Shown here: positions 46,316-48,733 of the stretch, in pieces | Position numbering within the stretch: the stretch's first letter is position 1 | How the letters are laid out: each line of letters opens with the position of its first letter | Source: Clostridiales bacterium | GTDB lineage: Bacteria > Bacillota > Clostridia > Oscillospirales > QAMX01 | Assembly: GCA_012800055.1 (NCBI GenBank) | Contig: JAAZKA010000021.1 | Location: 1-48,733 of the forward strand | Length of the DNA stretch: 48,733 nucleotides | Direction: 5' to 3' | Program-made: the position numbers and the translations under genes | The notes under the pieces: generated by a model | The model's database searches: none | What the model was told of the DNA's origin: nothing | The model's input: the letters and a program-made list of their open reading frames with translations, nothing else

Positions 46316-47148
46316 TTAATCAAAATCTCTATAAGCCCACAGCAATCCTTGAGCTGCTGAACCGTCACGGGTTCACGTTCCGCAAGCGGATGGGACAGAA
46401 TTTCCTCACCGCTTATGATGTCGCGGAAAAAGCTGCCGCGACGGTGGATAAAACCTGCGGCGTGCTGGAGATCGGCCCCGGCTACGGTGCGCTGACGGCT
46501 CCGCTGTGTGAGCATGCGGGGAAGGTCGTTGCGGCCGAGCTGGACGAACGGCTGCTGAACGTCCTGAAAGAGACACTCGCGGGATATGACAATGTGCGGG
46601 TAATCCTCGCAGACGCGATGGAGCTTGACCTGACGGAACTGTGTCGGGAGGAGTTTGCGGGACTGACCCCGTGTGTCTGTGCGAATCTGCCGTACAACAT
46701 CACGACGCCGGTGCTGACAAAGCTGATCTCACACGGCGGCTTCCGGACGATCACGGTGATGGTGCAGAAGGAGGTCACGGCACGTCTGACGGCGGTGCCG
46801 GGTCAGGAGCGCTACGGTGTGCTGCCGGCTCTGCTGAGGGGCCGCTATACGGTAAGGGTGCTGTGCGACGTTCCGGCGGGGCGATTTTACCCGCCGCCGC
46901 ATGTGGATTCCGCCGTCGTGACGCTCGAGCGGCTTACTCCGCCGGTCGTGCCGGAGGGTTTGTGGGACAGGTACGCGCGGGTAATCACGGCGGCGTTCGC
47001 GAAGCGGCGCAAAACGATGACAAACGCGCTGACCTCGGCGGGCATCCCGAACGCAGCGGAACTGCTGACGGCGTGCGGCTATGACCCGCGCATCCGGGGC
47101 GAGATGCTCGATGCGGCCGATTTCGTGAAGCTTGCGGAATGTATATAA
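46312..47148 (+). CDS. rsmA: 16S rRNA (adenine1518/1519-N6)-dimethyltransferase
   Basis: Motifs RKRMGQNFL, VLEIGPGYGALT and ANLPYNITTP. I propose a TTG start at 46312, overlapping the upstream stop; this gives a normal 278-aa length. An ATG at 46390 is the alternative. Confidence 0.88.
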   Translation: MINQNLYKPTAILELLNRHGFTFRKRMGQNFLTAYDVAEKAAATVDKTCGVLEIGPGYGALTAPLCEHAGKVVAAELDERLLNVLKETLAGYDNVRVILADAMELDLTELCREEFAGLTPCVCANLPYNITTPVLTKLISHGGFRTITVMVQKEVTARLTAVPGQERYGVLPALLRGRYTVRVLCDVPAGRFYPPPHVDSAVVTLERLTPPVVPEGLWDRYARVITAAFAKRRKTMTNALTSAGIPNAAELLTACGYDPRIRGEMLDAADFVKLAECI

Positions 47149-47154
47149 TGTAAG

Positions 47155-47190
47155 AGACCCTTCCGTTAAAAAGGAAGGGTCTTGTTTTTT
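47155..47190. terminator. Bidirectional rho-independent terminator shared by rsmA (+) and trmB (-)
   Basis: Stem AGACCCTTCC-GTTAAAAA-GGAAGGGTCT followed by TGTTTTTT. It sits between convergent stop codons. Confidence 0.8.
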
Positions 47191-47899
47191 ATTCGGCGGG
47201 TTTGATACGCTGCATCCGGCGGCGGTACTCGGCGGTTGGGTCGGTGATCGGCTCAATGTGCAGACCAGCAGGAAAGTATGCCTCGACGCGGTGGATGGGG
47301 AGTCCCGCGGAGGTGAAGCGCGTCTCGTACTCGGTCATCACGTTGGGGATGGCGGTCGCGTGGAGATCGTGTGTGACGTCCGTGACCTTCAGGCCGCAGT
47401 CGACAAACTCCGTGACGGAATCGACGAACAGCTCGCGGTTGTCGGTCTTGAAGACGACATGCGCACCGGGTGCGACAATGCCGTTATAAAGCGCCAGGAA
47501 GTTGCGGTGGGTCAGGCGGCGGTTCTTGCGGTTGCCGCGTGTCCAGGGATCGGCGAAGTTGATGTACAGCACATCGACCTCGCCGGGCGCGAAGATTTCC
47601 GGCAGCAGCGCTGCATCGCCGACGATGAAGCGGATGTTGGGGATCCCGTGTGCGACCGTCTTCTCCATTGCCATAAGAATCGCCGACGGTTCCTTTTCCA
47701 TCGCGATAAACAGTGTATCGGGGTATAAGACCGCCATCTCCGTGACGAATTTGCCCTTACCGCATCCCAACTCCAGCGCGAGCTTTTCCCCGCCGTACCG
47801 CGCGCGCCAATGCCCGCGTAAAAGCGACGGCTCCTGCTCCGTCACACCCGCACAGCGCTCCAGCCGCACGTCCAGATTCTTCTTTTTGCGCATCCGCAT
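47189..47899 (-). CDS. trmB: tRNA (guanine46-N7)-methyltransferase
   Basis: Segments LELGCGKGKFV, ...YINFADPWTRGNRKNRRLTH... and ...FKTDN..LF are hallmark TrmB motifs. Confidence 0.9.
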   Translation of the reverse strand: MRMRKKKNLDVRLERCAGVTEQEPSLLRGHWRARYGGEKLALELGCGKGKFVTEMAVLYPDTLFIAMEKEPSAILMAMEKTVAHGIPNIRFIVGDAALLPEIFAPGEVDVLYINFADPWTRGNRKNRRLTHRNFLALYNGIVAPGAHVVFKTDNRELFVDSVTEFVDCGLKVTDVTHDLHATAIPNVMTEYETRFTSAGLPIHRVEAYFPAGLHIEPITDPTAEYRRRMQRIKPAE

Positions 47900-47946
47900 G
47901 ATTTGTGTTCCTCTCTAATCTCTGAAAACATCTGTATTCCGAAACA

Positions 47947-47975
47947 ATTATAGCATGGATGGATGCCGCATGCAA
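47947..47975 (-). promoter_or_regulatory. Promoter for trmB
   Basis: On the minus strand: TTGCAT, exact 17-nt spacer, TATAAT. Confidence 0.55.
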
Positions 47976-48404
47976 GAATCATTACGTAAATTTAATATCT
48001 GTCGATTCCGCTGCCGATCATGCCTGAGCAATTCCCCAAAACCTCGGATGTTTTTTGTTTTAAAAAAGGATTCGTGATATATTATACAACATTTTGTACA
48101 GAAAAGGGCGGATGAGATTACGTTATCTATACAACATCACATAGCAAATGGCAAAACGCATAAAAAAACAGGGTTAAGATTGTGCAAAGTGACACTTGAA
48201 CAATGCACAATAATATGATACTATAAAACAGATTCATTGAGGGGATTCCACTATTCCTTGTTGCTATTTGGTGAACAACCAAAATGCGGTTGTTTTTATA
48301 TTATGAAGCAAGTAAAAGAGGTTGCGCGACGCCGGGAAAAGTACCCGGATAAAATAAAAAACCTCCCGCTGTCGCGGGGAATCATCAGTGAAAGGTGGAA
48401 AACC

Positions 48405-48733
48405 ATGTTTTTCAAAAAAGTTGCCAAACACATCAGAGACTACTGGGCTCTGCACGTAATGGCACTCCCCGGGGTCATCGCCGTCTTTATCTTCAGCTAT
48501 TTGCCGAAGTTCGGCGTCATCGTCGCGTTCCAGAGGTTTAACTACAAAAAGGGCTTCTTTGGCAGTAAATTCGTTGGGCTCGACAACTTCAAGTTCCTCT
48601 TTCAGACCACCGACGCATGGATCATCACCCGTAATACCGTCTGCTATAACGCCGTCATGATCCTGCTCAATACCACCCTCGCCGTTATCCTTGCGATGAT
48701 CCTCAATGAGGTCAAGAGCAAAAAGCTCGCCAA
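48405..48733 (+). CDS. Carbohydrate ABC transporter permease (LplB/MsmF-like), N-terminal fragment running off the window
   Basis: The ATG follows AAAGGTGGA. The translation MFFKKVAKHIRDYWALHVMALPGVIAVFIFSYLPKFGVIVAFQRFNYKKGFFGSKFVGLDNFKFLF is typical of polysaccharide/sugar ABC permease N-termini. Confidence 0.8.
   Translation, partial: MFFKKVAKHIRDYWALHVMALPGVIAVFIFSYLPKFGVIVAFQRFNYKKGFFGSKFVGLDNFKFLFQTTDAWIITRNTVCYNAVMILLNTTLAVILAMILNEVKSKKLA

Noticed and set aside
48345-48380. A terminator-like element when read on the minus strand (CCCGC-GACA-GCGGG followed by AGGTTTTTTATTTT).
   Set aside because: No minus-strand gene lies upstream of it, because the adjacent gene is the + strand permease starting at 48405. 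The stem is only 5 bp. It is probably a fortuitous or leader-internal hairpin.
1-48733. A search for CRISPR arrays, tRNA or rRNA genes, IS elements or transposases, integrases and toxin-antitoxin or defence genes.
   Set aside because: I saw no direct-repeat/spacer periodicity, no tRNA-like T-arm/acceptor patterns in the intergenic regions, and no transposase, integrase or nuclease-helicase defence signatures among the ORFs.

Overview
This is a GC-rich chromosomal segment, about 60% GC by eye, with AT-rich intergenic islands. Gene content (ECF transporter module, DegV, YabE-like G5/3D protein, YfhO, DUF368, GGAGG-type ribosome-binding sites) points to a Firmicutes/Clostridia genome. A high-GC Oscillospirales-like organism is my inference only. 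I found no rRNA, tRNA, CRISPR array, IS element or prophage.

The housekeeping backbone on the + strand runs from the rnc 3' end through a DUF1385 gene, prmC, recA, recX, rimO, pgsA, cysS and mfd. Further along come ecfA1-ecfA2-ecfT, truA, a small envelope-protein set, an FGGY kinase, degV, a yabE-like gene with rsmA, and trmB on the - strand.

Between these lie accessory blocks of leaderless (apparently cytoplasmic) carbohydrate-type proteins:
- a BNR/sialidase-like protein;
- a minus-strand operon encoding nucleoside-hydrolase-like, fucose-isomerase-like and DUF4091/GH123-like proteins;
- an orphan 530-aa protein;
- a DUF4838 protein;
- a YfhO-SDR-MATE cluster.

The most unusual element is a self-contained operon at 38.0-45.1 kb made only of three tandem paralogues of about 750 aa. 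They are leaderless, histidine-motif-rich and look like beta-propeller proteins, and I cannot assign them to any characterised family. Their 3' ends carry a near-identical tract that looks like gene conversion.

The second notable element is a near-consensus promoter at 29.8 kb. It drives about 300 nt of hairpin-rich sequence with no credible ORF, which makes it a candidate structured ncRNA.

Many long antisense ORFs in the six-frame track are GC-driven shadow ORFs and were rejected. All family assignments come from motif recognition by eye and need HMM or structure confirmation.
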